The position numbers and the translations under genes are program-made. Shown one piece after another: positions 37,341-51,223 of a stretch of DNA of 64,000 bases. Source of the DNA: Felis catus (lineage: Eukaryota). Each line of letters begins with the position of its first letter. Position 1 is the stretch's first letter. The stretch spans positions 104,286,001 through 104,350,000 of the forward strand of contig NC_058368.1 of the NCBI RefSeq assembly GCF_018350175.1, written 5' to 3'. Below the pieces are notes generated by a model, which saw only the letters and a list, made by a program, of their open reading frames with translations, did no database searches and was not told the DNA's origin.

Positions 37341-37523
37341 TTTATTTTGAAAGAGAGACAGAGACAGTGAGAGAGAAGGAGGGAAAGGAGAGACAGAATC
37401 CCAAGCAGGCTCCGAGCTGTCACCACAGAGCTGGACACAGGGGCTCGATCCCATGAACTGTGAGATCATGGCCTGAGCTGAAATCAGGAGTCAGTTTAAC
37501 TGACTGAGCCACCCAGGTGTCCC
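36965..37523 (-). mobile_element. Can-SINE whose tail expanded into a ~370-bp (ATTTT)n array
   Basis: Body at 37340-37523; TSD ccaacttg(c/t)tct(a/g)ttt lies on the far side of the array. Confidence 0.9.
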
Positions 37524-37702
37524 ACCAACTTGTTCTGTTTTTTTAAATTACTTTTTACAATGCAAAATTTAAGCATAGGTATATGTGGAGAGAAGAGTCA
37601 ACCCTGTGTGCCCATCAGCCAGCTTCAACAGTTGCCCGTATGTGGTCAGTCTGGTTTCTTCCCTACTCCCTCCCTTTGCTCTGCCATCTGGTGGATTATT
37701 TT

Positions 37703-37869
37703 ATTTTTTTAAATGTTTATTTTTGAGAGACAGCACGAATGGGGGAGAGGCACGGGGCGGGGGGGACAGAAGATCTGAAGTGGGCTCTGTGTTGACAGCA
37801 GCCAGCTGGATGTGGGGCTCCAACGCAGAACCGTGAGATCATGACCACAGCTGAAGTCAGGTGCCCCCC
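37703..37869 (-). mobile_element. Can-SINE with internal deletion near the head
   Basis: Flanking repeat tggattatttt. Confidence 0.85.
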
Positions 37870-40804
37870 ACTGGATTATTTTAAAGCAAATCCCACATAT
37901 TACATAACTGCAGATATTCCTTCAAAATGTATCTCCAAGAGACTGGGACTTTTTCTAAACAGAACCATAGTTCTATTATCATACCTAAAACAAATAATTT
38001 CCTTTAAAAAAATATTTTTTCCTCCTTTCCTTTTTCCTATTTATTTTTTTAACTTACATCCAAGTTAGTTAGCATATAGTGCAACAATGATTTCAGGAGT
38101 AGAGGCCAGTGCTCATCCATAACGCCCCTTACTCATTAGCCCAACCCCATCCCACAACCCCTCCAGCAAACTTCTGTTTGTTCTCTATATTTAAGGGTCT
38201 CTTCTGTTTTGTCCCCCTCCCTGTTTGTATATTATTTTTGCTTCCCTTCCCTTATGTTCATCTGTTCTGTCTTAAAGTCCTCATATGAGCGAAGTCATAT
38301 GATTTTTGTCTTTCTCTGGCTGACTAATTTCACTTAGCATAATACCCTCCAGTTCCATCCACGTAGTTGCAAATGGCAAGATTTCATTTTTTTGATTGCT
38401 GAGTAATACTCTATTGTGTATATATACCACATCTTCTTTATCCAGTCATCCATCGATGGACATTTGGGCTCTTTCCATACTTTGGCTATTGTTGATACTG
38501 CTGCTATAAACATGGGAGTGCATGTGTCCCTTCGAAACAGCACACCTGTATCCCTTGGATATATACCTAGTAGTGCAATTGCTGGGTCGCAGGTAGTTCT
38601 ATTTTTAATTTTTTGAGGAACCTCCATACTGATTTCCAGAGTGGCTGCACCAGTTTGCATTCCCACCAGCAGTGCCGAAGACATCCTCTTTCTCTGCATC
38701 CTCGTCAACATCTGCTGTTGCTTAAGTTGTTGATGTGAGCCATTCTGACAGGTGTGAGATGGTATCTCATTGTGGATTTGATTTGTATTTCCCTGATGAT
38801 GAGTGATGTTGAGCATTTTTTCATGTGTCGGTTGGCCATCTGGATGTCTTCTTTGGAGAAGTGCCTATTAATGTCTTCTGCCCATTTCTTCACTGGATTA
38901 TTTGTTTTTTGGGTATTGAGTTTGGTAAGTTCTTTATAGATTTTGGATACTAACTTTATCTGATATGTCATTTTCAAATATCTTCTCCTATTCTGTCAGT
39001 TCCCTTTGAGTTTTGCTGATTTGTTTCCTTCACTGTGCAGAAGCTTTTTATTTTGATGAAGTCCCTATAGTTCATTTTTGCTTTTGTTTCCCTTGCCTCC
39101 AGAGACATGTTGAGTAAGAAGTTGCTGCCACCAAGGTCAAAGAGGTTTTTGCCTGCTTTCTCCTCGAGGATTTTGATGGCTTCCTGTCTTACGTTTAGGT
39201 CTTTCATCCGTTTTGAGTTTATTTTTTGTGTATGGTGTAAGAAAGTGGTCCAGGTTCATTCTTCTGCATGTCGCTGTCCAGTTTTCCTAACACCATTTGC
39301 TGAAGGGACTGCCTTTATTCCATTGGATACTCTTTCCTGCTTTGTCAGAGATTAGTTGGCCATACGTTTGTGGGTCCATTTCTGGATTCTCTATTCTGTT
39401 CCATTGATCCATGTGTCTATTTTTGTGCCAGTACCATACTGTCTTGGTGATTACAGCTTTGTAATACAGCTTCAAATCCGGGAGTGTGATGCCTCCAGTT
39501 TTGTTTTTCTTTTTCAGGATTGCTTTGGCTATTTGGGGTCTTTTTTGGTTCCATACAAATTTTAGGATTGTTTGTTCTAGCTCTGTGAAGATTGGTGGTG
39601 TTATTTTGATAGGGATTGCACTGAATATGTAGATTGCTTTGACATTTTAACAATATTTGTTCTTCAATCCAGGAGCATGGAATATCTTTCCATTTTTTTT
39701 GTGTCTTACTCAATTTCTTTGGTAAAGCTTTCTATAGTTTCGTGTATAGATTTTTCACCTCTTTGGTTAGGTTTATTCTTAGGTATTTTATAGTTTTTGG
39801 TGCAATTGTAAATGGGATCGATTCCTTGATTTCACTTTCTGTTGCTTCTTTATTTGTGTATAGGAATGCAACCAATTTATGTGCACTGATTTTATATCCT
39901 CCCACTTTGCTGAATTCATGGATCAGCTCTAGTGGTTTTTTGGTGGAATCTTTTGGGCTTTCCATATAGAGTATCATGTCATTTTCAAAGACTGAAAGTT
40001 TGACTTTCTTCTTGCTGATTTGGATGCCTTTTACTCCTTTGTGTTGTCTGACTGCTGAGGCTAAGACTTCCAATACTGTGTGGAATAATAGTGGTGAGAG
40101 TGGACATCCTTGTTGTGTTTCTTAGGGGGAAAGCTCTTAGTTTTTCCCCATTGAGGATGATATTAACACTGAGTCTTTCATATATGGCTTTTATGATCTC
40201 GAGGTATGATCCTTCTACCCCTACTTTCTTGGGCTTTTTTTTCAAGAAACGATGCTGTATTTTGTCAAATGCTTTCTCTGCATCTATTGAGAGGATCATG
40301 TTGTTCTTGTCCTTTCTTTTATTTATGTGATGTATAACATTGTTTTGTGGAAATTGAACCAGTGCCCTGCATCCCAAGTATAAACTTGGTTGTGGTGAAT
40401 AATTCTTTTAATGTATTATTGGATCTGGTTGGCTAGTATCTTGTTGAGGATTTTTGCATCCTTGTTCATTAGGGAAACTGGTCTCTAGTTCTCCTTTTTA
40501 GTGGGGTCTTTGTCTGGTTTTGGAATCAAGGTAATGCTGTCTTCATAGAACGAGTTTGGAAGTTTTTCTTCATTTCTATTTTTTGGAACAGCTTCAAAAG
40601 AATAGGTGGTAACTCTTCTTTAAATGTTTGGTAAAATTCCCCTGGAAAGCCATGAAGCCCTGGACTCTTGTTTTTGGGAGATTTTTGATTACTAATTCGA
40701 TTTCTTTACTGGCTATGGGTCTTTTCAACTTTTCTATTTCTTATTTCACTTTTGGTAGTTCATACGTTTCTAGGAATTTGTTCCTTTCTTCTGGATTGCC
40801 CATT

Positions 40805-41020
40805 AAAATTTTTTTTAATGTTTATTTATTTTTGAGAGACAGAGACAGAGCACGAGCAGGGGAAGAGCAGAGAGAGAGAGGGAGACACAGAATCCAAAGG
40901 AGGCTCCAGGCTCTGAGCTGTCAACACAGAGCCCGGTGAGGGGCTTGAACCCACAAGCTGTGAGATCATGACCTGAGCTGAAGTTGGACGCTCAATGAAC
41001 TGAGCTACCCAGGCACCCCC
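40805..41020 (-). mobile_element. Can-SINE inserted in L1 ORF2
   Basis: TSD attgcccatt (40795-40804 / 41021-41030). Confidence 0.94.
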
Positions 41021-42008
41021 ATTGCCCATTTTATTGGTGTATAATCGCTCACAATATTCTTTTATTATTGTTGGTTTTTCTGCTGTGTTGGTTGTGATCT
41101 CTCCTCTTTCATTCTTGATTTTATTTATTTGGGTCCTTTCCTTTTCTTTTTGATCAAACTGGCTAGGGGTTTATCAATTTTGTTAATTCTTTCAAAGAAC
41201 CAGCTCCTGGTTTCATTGATCTGTTCTACTGTTTCTGTTTTGTTTAGTTTCAATATCATTGATTTCTGCTCTAATCTTTATTATTTCCTGTCTTCTACTG
41301 GTTTTGAGTTTATTTGCTGTTCTTTTTCCAGTTCTTTAAGGTGTAAGGTTAGGTTGTGAATCTGAGATCTTTCTTCCTTGTTTAGGAAGTCCTGGATACT
41401 TTCCTCTTATGACTGCCTTTGCTGTGTCCCAGAGGTTTTGGGCTGTGGTGATATCATTTTCATTGGCTTCCATGTACTTTTTAATTTCCTCTTTAACCTC
41501 TTGGTTAGCCCATTTATTGTTCAGTAGGATGTTCTTTAGTCTTTGGAGACTTTTTTTTTCCGAAGTTTTTCTTGTGGCTGATTTTGAGTTTCAAAGCGTT
41601 GTGGTCTGAAAATATGCATGGTATGCATGGTATGATCCTTTTGTACTTGTTGAGGGCTGATTTATGTTCCAGTATGTGATCTGTTCTGGAGAATGTTCCA
41701 TGTGCCCTCAAGGAGAGTGTGGTCACAAACACCTTTAGTTTTTGTTTGTCTGGGAAACTTTTTATTTATGTCTCCTTCTATTGTGAATGACAGTCTTCCT
41801 GGATGAAGAATTCTTGGCATATTTTTCTGATCCAGCACATTGAATATATCCTGCCACTCCTTTCTAGCCTGCCATGTTTCTGTGGATAGGTCTTTGGCGA
41901 GCCCAATCTGTCTTATCTTGTAGGCTGAGGACGTTTTTTTTTTTTCCTGCTTTCATGATTCTTTCCTTGCTTGAGTATTTTGTGAATTTGACTGTGATGT
42001 GCCTTGTT

Positions 42009-42220
42009 AATTTTTTAAAAAAATATTTATTCATTTTTGAAAGAGAGACAGAGCACAAGCAGAGGTAGGGTGGAGACAGAGGGGGACACAGAATCTGAAG
42101 CAGGCTCCAGGCTCTGAGCTGTCAGCACAGAGATCGACGTGGGGCTCGAACTCACGAACCGCGAGATCATGACCTGAGTCAAAGTTGGACTCTCAACTGA
42201 CTCAGCCACCCAGGTGCCCC
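42009..42220 (-). mobile_element. Can-SINE inserted in L1 ORF1
   Basis: TSD tgat(g/a)tgccttgtt. Confidence 0.94.
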
Positions 42221-44454
42221 TGATATGCCTTGTTGATGGTCAGTTTTTGTTGAATCTAATGTGAGTTCTTTGTGCTTCCTGGATTTTGATGTCTGTATCT
42301 TTCCCCAGGTTAGGAAAGTTTTCCACTGTGATTTGCTCACATAAACCTTCTACCCCTTTTTCTCTCTCTTCATCTTCTGTGACCTCTATGATTCTGATGT
42401 TATTCCTTTTTAATGAGTCACTGAGTTCTCTAATTCTTATATCGTGCTCTTTTACCTCAGTCTGTCTCTATTTTTCTACTGCATTAGTCTTTATAAGTTC
42501 GTCCTCTGTATCTCTGATTCACTGCTCTGCTTCATCCATCTTTGCCGCCGTGGTATCCATTTGAGATTGCAGCTCAGTTATAGCATTTTAGATTTCATCC
42601 CAACTAGCTTTTACTTCTTTTATCTCCACAGAAAGGGATTCTAATCTATTTTCAACCCCAGCTAGTTTTCTTATTATTGTGATTCTAAATTCTGGCTTGG
42701 GCATCTTGCTTGTATCTGTGTTGATTAAGTCCATGGTTGTCATTTCTTCCTGTTCTTTCTTTTGGGGTGAATTCCTTCAATTTGCCATTTTGAAGGAAGA
42801 AAAGGAATTAATAAAGTAAAAAAAAATAGAAATTAAAAAATTAAAAACAGCATAAAATAATCAAATAAAGGTTGTTAGATCCTTGGTGTGTTTTGATCTG
42901 GTTGTTGAAAGAAGTTTGATAGAATAGAGAAAAGAAAAAAGGAGGAAAAAAAAGGAAAACATTTCAAAATTTGAAAAAATGAATACAGTAAAATGAAATG
43001 ATGAAAGTAACCTAGAATTTAACAAATTTACAAAAAAGTAAACAATATAGAAGAAAATTAAAGAAAAAATCTTTTTTATATAAAAACAGAAGATAAAAAT
43101 AATTTTTTCTCTTTCTGTATTCAAGAATAAGAAAAGGAAAGAAAAAGAAAAAAAGTAGAATAGATGGACCAGCGAACAGAATGAAATATGATTGAAATTA
43201 CATCCAGTTTTCCCTAGAAGTCAAATTATGAAGTACTGTCTACTCTGTAAACTAAGGAGGCGGAGAGACTTGTTGTGTTCCTCAAGAGCCTGGTTGGCAC
43301 AGTTGGCTTAGTTTAACGTCCCCATTCTCCACTAGGTGCCATTGCTTAGCTAACTGGGGTAGATTGTTGTGGCACATGTAGGCGTGTATGCACATGCACA
43401 GGTGAAAATGGTGTCACTCAGCTACCCAGTCTCTGGTTTCAGAACTCTGTGCTCTCCTGACAGGCAGTCAAGCACTCCTCCTTTGTCTCTGGCTTTCATC
43501 CACTCCCCACTTCTACACTGTCTGTGACCAAGCCTTCAGGCTGCCAGATAGCACCTCCCTCCTGAGTTTTATCTCAGATGCGGCTGTGTTTCTCAACCCC
43601 TCACTTCTGAGGGACTGCAGCTTTCACCTCAGACCCTCTGGGGGAGGGTCTCGCTGAGCAATGGCTGGGTGCCGGTCCACCCCCAGGAACCTTCAAGCAA
43701 CTGTGCTGCTGCTGATGTCCAGAGACTGTGCCTGGGCACCAGCCCACCCCAGAAAAAGTTCATGTGGTCATGTAGCAGCAGTGTTTCAGGGGCTACAGGA
43801 AACCACATCACACATTTTGCACCAGGCTTCACCTCAATGACCCTCTTCTGACACCAGAAAATGTGGCTGATTTCCAAGATCTGCTGGGTCCCTTGCCTGT
43901 AGGAGGTCTCACAGCCTCTATCATATGTCCTCCCAGCAGGGGAACTGCCACTCCCCATGTGGCCATAAGACCCCTCAGACCTCGCTCTCTGATCCTGGGG
44001 ATTCACCCTTCCCACCAGAGCACTGCCAGATATTGAGCTGTGGAGTTTCAGATTCTTTGCTCCCCCTGTTTTTAGAGTCTTAATGGAATTTAAATCCTTT
44101 GCTTTCTCCTTTCTCCTTTTTATCTTCTTTCCCATGCAGCTGTTTCCACTCTTGCCTTTTCTCTCCAGCTGCTTTCATGGTGGGGGGGGGGGTGCTTTTC
44201 TCCATCCTCTCTCCACAAGCAAAAACAGCTCCCTGCCCTCTGCAGCTTCTCTCCCCCAGTTCAACTCTCCACACCACATGACTGCCAAATTCTGTGGTTC
44301 AAGTTGCGCAGATTGTTGTGTTAATCCTCAAATCAGTTTTCTAGGTGTGCAAGATGGTTTAGTGTTGTTCTGGCTGCATTTCAGGGAAGAGAGAGGCAAA
44401 AATCACTTCCATGCTCCTCCACCATCTTGGCCCCCTCCCCACAAATTATTTCTT

Positions 44455-44674
44455 TTTATTTCTTAAAATATTTTTTAATGTTTATTTATTTTAGAGACAG
44501 ACAGAGTATGAGCCAGGGAGGGGCAGAGAGAGAGAGCAAGAGACACAGAACATGAAGCAGGCTCCAGGCTCCGAGCTGTCAGCACAGAGACCAGTGCAGG
44601 GCTTGAACTCGCAAACTGTGAGATCATGGCCTGAGTTGAAGCCAGACTCAACCGACTGAGCCATCCAGACACCC
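44455..44674 (-). mobile_element. Can-SINE abutting the L1 5' end
   Basis: TSD caaattatttctt (44442-44454 / 44675-44687). Confidence 0.92.
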
Positions 44675-45400
44675 CAAATTATTTCTTAATATGATCAAAT
44701 ATGTAGTGTTCAAACTTCCCTGTCTCATGATGTTTTCTTTGCCTTTGGTTTTCTGAATCAGGATCCAAACCCAGTCCACATGTTACGTTTTTTGATGTTG
44801 TAAGTCTTCCAAATGAAACATCCAGCTCACAGTGTCAGTAGCGCTGCTGTTGAGAAACCCTGTGACTGGTGCAATTTGACAATGTTTTTGCCCCTCTCGT
44901 TCCTGTAAACCAGCAGTTAGATAACAGTGCTTGATCATTTGCAAGTTCTGTTGTTTCACAAGAATATCTCGTGGGTGTTTCTGTACTTCCCATTGCATCA
45001 TGTCAGAAGGTATGTCATGTCAGCCTTTTGCTTTTCTGTGATATTAAGATTGATTTGTGGGTTTTGTGGAGGTTCTGATCCTTTTCATTATAAAGTTCCC
45101 TATCGGCCAGTGGTTTCAGCATCTGTTAATGATCATTAGACAGATTGATTATTTCATTTAGATTCTGTCATTATTTCTACATTTGTTTGGTGAAAGTCTT
45201 CTCTAAAGAACTGTAATTCATCAATTATACCCCAAGGTACAGAATACACAAAGTAGTTTTTAAAAAGCACTTATCAGCACAATGATTTGGTTCTTTAGCG
45301 TGCTCCAGAGGTGACTTGGGAGCTTTTTTATTTTAAGTATCATTGTAAACTCATGAATTTTACCAGCGAATATGTGTAACAATTCATGAGTTGTTCCTTT

Positions 45401-45588
45401 TAAAACAAAATGTTTATTTATTTTGAGACAGAGTACAAGCAGGGAAGGGGTAGAGAGAGAGGGAGAGAGAGAATTCCAAGCAGGCTCTGCCCTCTCAGCA
45501 TGGGGCTCGATCCCGTGAACCGTGAGATCATGACCTGAACTGAAACCAAGAGTTGGATACTTAACCCACTGAGGCACTCAGGTGCCCC
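45401..45588 (-). mobile_element. Can-SINE
   Basis: Reverse body with degenerate TSD. Confidence 0.9.
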
Positions 45589-48500
45589 AAGTCATTCCTT
45601 TTTGATGCCCATATAGTTCCATCTTAGGTTGGTGGGAGCCTGTTTAAGTTGTATCCTGTGTCCGCTGGATACAACCACTGTAGTTTTCTTTGCTTTCTGG
45701 TATGACAAGGTGTTTCAGATTCCTCTAACACATTTTCTTTCCTGACCTAGAGTCAGACCTTTCTCCAAGGAGATCTTCTTCCTTTTAGTAGGACAATGGT
45801 ATGTAGCAACCATAAGCAGGGCTGCCCAGTTTTTGAAGACTTTGTGTAAGTGTTGACAAATCTGTAAGAGATGCAGGTGTACATGGAGGGATTCATGTCT
45901 TGCACGTGGATGTGATCACCTGCCACAGTATTTTTACCAGGTGCATGAAACAGAATACATCCCATCTGTTTCCTCTCAAATAGTGTGTGCTTGAGAGTTC
46001 CTTGATCCTGGCTGATCTTGCCTGAGTCTTATTCCTCATCCTTCCTATCTGGCATCAAGGAGACTTATCACCAGTGTGGAAATCTTCCCTTTGCCCCTAG
46101 TAGCTGGCACAGGCTTCTGAAAGTGGAGTCTCAGGCTGAGGACTTGGAGAGGGTTCTGCAGGATTCCTGAGGTTGCTCTGGTAGGACCCCCCACTGCTTC
46201 CAGAATGGTGCATGCCTTGGGGGTGGGGGAGTGTCTCCTCATGCACAGACCCCTAACTCAGGGCCACTAATTTTGTCATAAGATGTTGCCTACAAAGAGT
46301 CCTGTGCCTTCAGATGGACTGCAGAATAGATGGAGAATAGGTTCATCCTTATGACAGAGTCTGAGACCGCTTACCATGGACTCTGCTTAATCTGTCTCCA
46401 TGGTCTGGGGCCAAGCTCACCAGGAGCCCTTAGCTGCTGAGAGGCCCTGAAGAGGGTGAGCTCTGAGTGATGTCCTGTGAACCCCACCAAGCTGCCTGGC
46501 ACCCTCAGCTACTGAACCAGAGGCATCAAATAGAGCCGGCTCTGCATTTGTTAGGCAAGGGGAGTGAAAGGAAGGTAAGTGATGGAGAAAACCCAGTGAC
46601 ATTTTTGAACTCCAAATGGATTTTCATATGATAGCAAAGTTAATTGCAAATTTCGCAAAAGCCAGTCTGAACTTCTAGACTGTTCCATTCTGTTTAAAGG
46701 GCAAGAAAACATAGTTCTAGTTGTTACACTGTAAAAGTAGTGCCCCTTGCCCATCACCAGGGCATCCTCATGCCTCCATGGCACCACCTGGGTTGTGAGG
46801 GGTGCCCTGCAGAGGTGCCCTCACAGCATCTCCCAGACATTTTCTCCCACAAATCTCAAGATTGATTTAAAAAAAATCCTAACGTCAGCAGCCTTTAAGC
46901 CTTGTCTGAGAATAAAACACACTTCTTATGTCTGCTAAGTGTTTCTTATTTGCAGCTGGGTTGAAAGTCACAGCTGCCTCCTCTTGTGAACAGGGAGGAG
47001 GAGTGGGTAGCACATGGTTAGTCATCTTCATACAGGACAGGCCCACGTGGCCCCATCCTTTCCTGCCCTTTGCAAACTCAGGGTCCCCAGGAGCCAGGGA
47101 GCCAGATGAGATTGCCCAGAGTTTTAGAACAAGAAAGGACCTAATTTCAACATTGTTGTTCTTCTTTCCAGTGAAATCTAGCCCAGATCCCCACTATACA
47201 GAGCAGACATCAAGTAGTTGACTGGAGTTGAGGCACCAGAGCCAAGGCTGGGGGGCTCCTTCCAGGCCCTGTCTCCACAGCACCTCCAGAAGTGCTGATG
47301 GTAGAAAGTAGGGCAGTCTTACCCTGACCATTGGCTTCTTTCCCCTCCTCCCCCCACTTCACCCTGGAAGTGCTGAAGAAGTAAGAGGATGGGTGGTGAA
47401 TCTGAGAAAAGGATATAAAAACCTAGAAACACTTGGGCTACAGCAGGTGTGGATGTGGAAGGGCTCATTGGCATAGCTGGGAGACAACTATGGGGGGGAT
47501 GCTGTGTCCCTTTCTCTGTCCTGTATAGCAGTTTTGGATGGATCAAGGTCTGCTTTATCACATCCCAGAAAGAAAAGAGCAGTGCCAGTGTGGTGCCACC
47601 AGGTCATTGGGGTGACGTTAGGGCTGTATTGCATCCATGCTGGGGTAGCTGCGGATAACTTCCGTATAGGCTGTTTTGCCAGCTGAATGGAGTTTCCCAC
47701 TTCTGTTCTCGAAAGGCAAGTTGGTTGCAATCCAGGGCAGGGGAAAATGGTGAAAATCCAGGCATCAGGAAATGGTGATCAGGAAAGAGGTATGGGGATG
47801 TTCCCTGAGGGATGCAGTCACTTGCTGAGGTGTGGCATGTGGACAGTCGTTGAGTCCAAATGCCAGCACGGAGCATCTCCCTCCTCTTCCGCTGGCCCAC
47901 CGGGATTTAGCTGCCCTCGTTGTGGGCACATGTCAGTAGCCAAGGTTGTTGATGCTCAGGAAAGTATGGGAACACAAGAAAAAATCATGAGAGATGAAAT
48001 AAGATGGTAGAATTCTGACCCAATATATCTGTTTATGTAAGTTTAAATAGATAAACTCACCAACTCAAAGATAAGAGATTTCAGATAAAAAAAAATTAGC
48101 AGCATGCTATCTATAGGAGGCATAAAAGAACGAAGAAATGTTTAATACAAATTCAGACAAAAGAGAATTTTAAAACATCAAGATGGACAAACACAATATA
48201 GGAATATTATAATTTGGTAAGGAAAAATCCATTAAAAAGATGTAATGGCAAAGATAAACCTGTAAATATTGCCACAAGTACATAAAGCAGCTACCAACAG
48301 GATTAAAAGAAGTAAATAAATCAACAGTTGTAATGAAATTTTATATGTCCCCCTCAGAAACTGACAGATCAAGCATGAAAAAAAGCAAAGTTGGAAGATG
48401 TAAATAATTAATACACTGTAGCTTGTTTATTTATATGTACATATATGTATATACATTTGCAAAAAATCAACCATGTATCAAGCCACAAATAAATGCCACA

Positions 48501-48807
48501 ATTACCAAGAATCAACATTACTGAAATCATCGTTCTTAGACCATAGTGTAAAAATAACTGAAATACAAAACAAAAGAACACTACCCACCCCATGCTTATT
48601 TGCTGAAAGAGAAAAATCTCCCCACTAAATGACTCTGGGGATAAAGACAAGGAACATGAGAGAAATAAAAAAAATACCTAGAACTAAAATTTAAACATTG
48701 AAAATTTCCAAAAATTGTAGGAGATAAAGTAGTACCTAGAGGAAAATTTATAACTTTAAATAATCTATCTAAGAACAAAGACAACAAAAAGATGGAAACG
48801 AGAGGGA

Positions 48808-48810
<3 letters not shown>

Positions 48811-48848
<38 letters not shown>
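48811..48848. repeat. (AC)19 microsatellite
   Basis: Direct reading. Confidence 0.97.
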
Positions 48849-48852
<4 letters not shown>

Positions 48853-49408
48853 CAAAAAGGAAGGCCATGATAAAGGTAAGGCTAAAATCAATAAAGCAGA
48901 AGGCAAAGAGGATGAGAGAAAGAGAATAGCAAGAAAATTCTAAGCTTATTTTTTTCAAGATGAATGAAATGCACCATTAATTCAGATTGGCTAGACAAAA
49001 GAATAAAAAAGAAGATGGAAATAAAACACTGAATGAAGAAGGAAATTGGAAGCAAATGAGTGAAGGTGAGGACCAGCCACTGGCTGCACCAGAATCTGAC
49101 TGGGATCAAGTGAGTGTCCCCTGAGAGGGGTAACCTGGTATGGGATGTCAGAGCTAGAGAAAGGTGAAGGGGATGTCTCCACAGGGGAGGGGATGTCTGT
49201 GGAGGTGAGAAAGTGGTTACCTACAGAGACACTAATTATATAGGTAAATAAATTAAGGGCAATGAAAGCCAGCTTTCTCCTGGTAGCTGAAGAAGCTATA
49301 AATATGGCAAATATAAACATGATTGAACTTTATGGCACTGGATTTGAATTGGTGCTATTGGTGTGAACTCTTGATTTTCAATATATAGAGAGAGGGATAC
49401 ACAAAATC

Positions 49409-49619
49409 TTTTTTTAGTGTTCATTTATTTATTTTTGAGAGAGAGAGAGAGAAAGAGAGAGAGGGGAAGGGACAGAGAGAGAGGGGAGAGAGAATCTCAA
49501 GCAGACTCCACACTGCCAGTACAGAACCTAATGCCGGCCTTGAACTCATGAACCACAATATCATGACCTGAGCCAAAACCAAGAGTCAGATGCTTAATGG
49601 ATGGAGCCACCCAGGTGCC
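49409..49619 (-). mobile_element. Can-SINE
   Basis: TSD gggat(ac/gt)acaaaatctt. Confidence 0.9.
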
Positions 49620-50098
49620 ATGGGATGTACAAAATCTTAAGTAAGATTGATCCAAGATCAAAAGGATGGCTTAACAGTAGCAAGTCTTACTACTTGGATT
49701 AAGGTAGTAGAAAGTCAGGCGTAGTTATTATTACTAGTTCAGTGTGGTATTTAAAATAATGATGTAAAAATTCACAAAGTACTAGAAATAGAAAGGAAAC
49801 AGAAACTCAACAAAATGATAGAAGAAAAACGTATAGCAAGTGTCTTTGGTGGAGAAACTCTGACCCCTCATTAAGACTTGGAATCCAGCCAGTGTGCCTG
49901 CTGTCATGACTGCCATGGAAGGGTCCGAGAGGACCTGGCCACTGCACCCGGCCAGGGAAGAGCAGGCTTAGAAGGGAATCAGCAACCTTCAAGAACTAAC
50001 AGCAGGTTCAGCCAAGATGCTAGTACAGGATAATACTAGCCAACAAGAAAAGAGAATAGAAAATAGGAAAATAAGATACAAAATAGAAATAAGATACT

Positions 50099-50318
50099 GT
50101 GCCTGGGTGGCTCCGTCAGTTAAGTGTCCAACTTTGGCTCAGGTCATGGTCTCACGGTTCGTGAGTTCAAGCCCTGCGTCAGGCTCTGTGCTGACAGCTC
50201 AGAGCCTGGAACCTGCTTCAGATGCTGTGTCTCCCTCTCTATCTGCCCCTCTGCTACTCGCACTCTGTCTCTCTCTCAAAAATAAATAAAAACATTACAA
50301 AATTTCAAAAAAAGAAAA
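50099..50318 (+). mobile_element. Can-SINE
   Basis: Head, CT tract, A tail. Confidence 0.92.
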
Positions 50319-51027
50319 GGTACCATTTACAGTAGCAATACGACTAAAGGTGTTTAAGAATGAAACTAGCAAAGGACACAAGAATTTTACTGACAATGAT
50401 TACAACTCTGTTTCAGGACACCGAGAACACTTAAATAAGTGGTGTTATGCTATTTTCATCATATGGGATTGCTAAAAATTGCAAAGAGGGCAATTTTCAT
50501 GAAATTAATGTATAAGTTCACTACAATTCCAATCAAAATTCCATCAGGACCTTTTAAACGAGTTAACAAAACTGTTCTAAAATTTATGCACAAGAATTAA
50601 AAGCTTGTCTATAAATAACCGAGTCAGTTTTGAAAAAAAAAAAAAAGTAGAGCGAAATTGGCAGGGGATAGGGTTGCTCATTCCACTAGATGCCGAGGCT
50701 CAGGATGAAGCCATAGGGAGAAGAACAGCGAGGTAATGCAGGGCCACAGCAGTAGACAAAAGTCACAGATTGAGACTGCAGAAACAGACCCATGTCTACA
50801 TGGAACTGGGTATACGACACAGGTGACACCACAAGTGAATGACAAAAGGGGAGATTGTTTTGTGGAAGGCGAGGGGAACTTAGGGAGATAAAGCTGGATC
50901 CCTGTCTCATATCCTGCACAGAGGTAAACTCCAGATAGTTCAGAAGCCTAAGGGTGAAACATGAAACCATAAAGGCAGAAAATCTGGGAAACCGTCTTTG
51001 TGATTTTATAATGAAAAAGGACTTGTT

Positions 51028-51223
51028 GAGGCACCTGGGTGACTCAGTCGGTTGAGCTTCTGACTCTTGATTTAGGCTCAGGTCATGATCCCAGGGTCAT
51101 GGAATTGAGCCCTCCATCAGGCTCTGTGCTGAGTGTGGAGCCTGCTTGAGATTCTCTCTCTCTTCCTCTGCCCCTGTCCCCAACTCATGATCTCTCTCTA
51201 TATAAAATTAAAAAAAAAAAAAA
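51028..51223 (+). mobile_element. Can-SINE
   Basis: Head, CT tract, A tail. Confidence 0.9.

Larger units (their letters stand above)
38005..44440 (-). mobile_element. Carnivore LINE-1 with both termini, internally deleted and decayed
   Basis: ORF2 remnants ([78 protein letters not shown]); ORF1 remnant ~41720-42790; 5' start gggagggggccaagatgg at 44440; degenerate TSD acaaataatttcctt (37990) / acaaattatttcttt (44441). Confidence 0.93.
37530..45800 (-). mobile_element. Ancient L1MC-like 3' end relic hosting the younger L1 and SINEs (pieces ~37530-38000 and ~44680-45800)
   Basis: aaccatagttctattatcatacctaaaacaaataatttc continues as ttaatatgatcaaatatgtagtgttcaaacttccc after the inserts. Confidence 0.6.

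Noticed and set aside
38005..44440. Potentially active L1 or domesticated reverse transcriptase
   Set aside because: ORF2 is broken into many short frames, interrupted by SINEs and missing most of the endonuclease domain.
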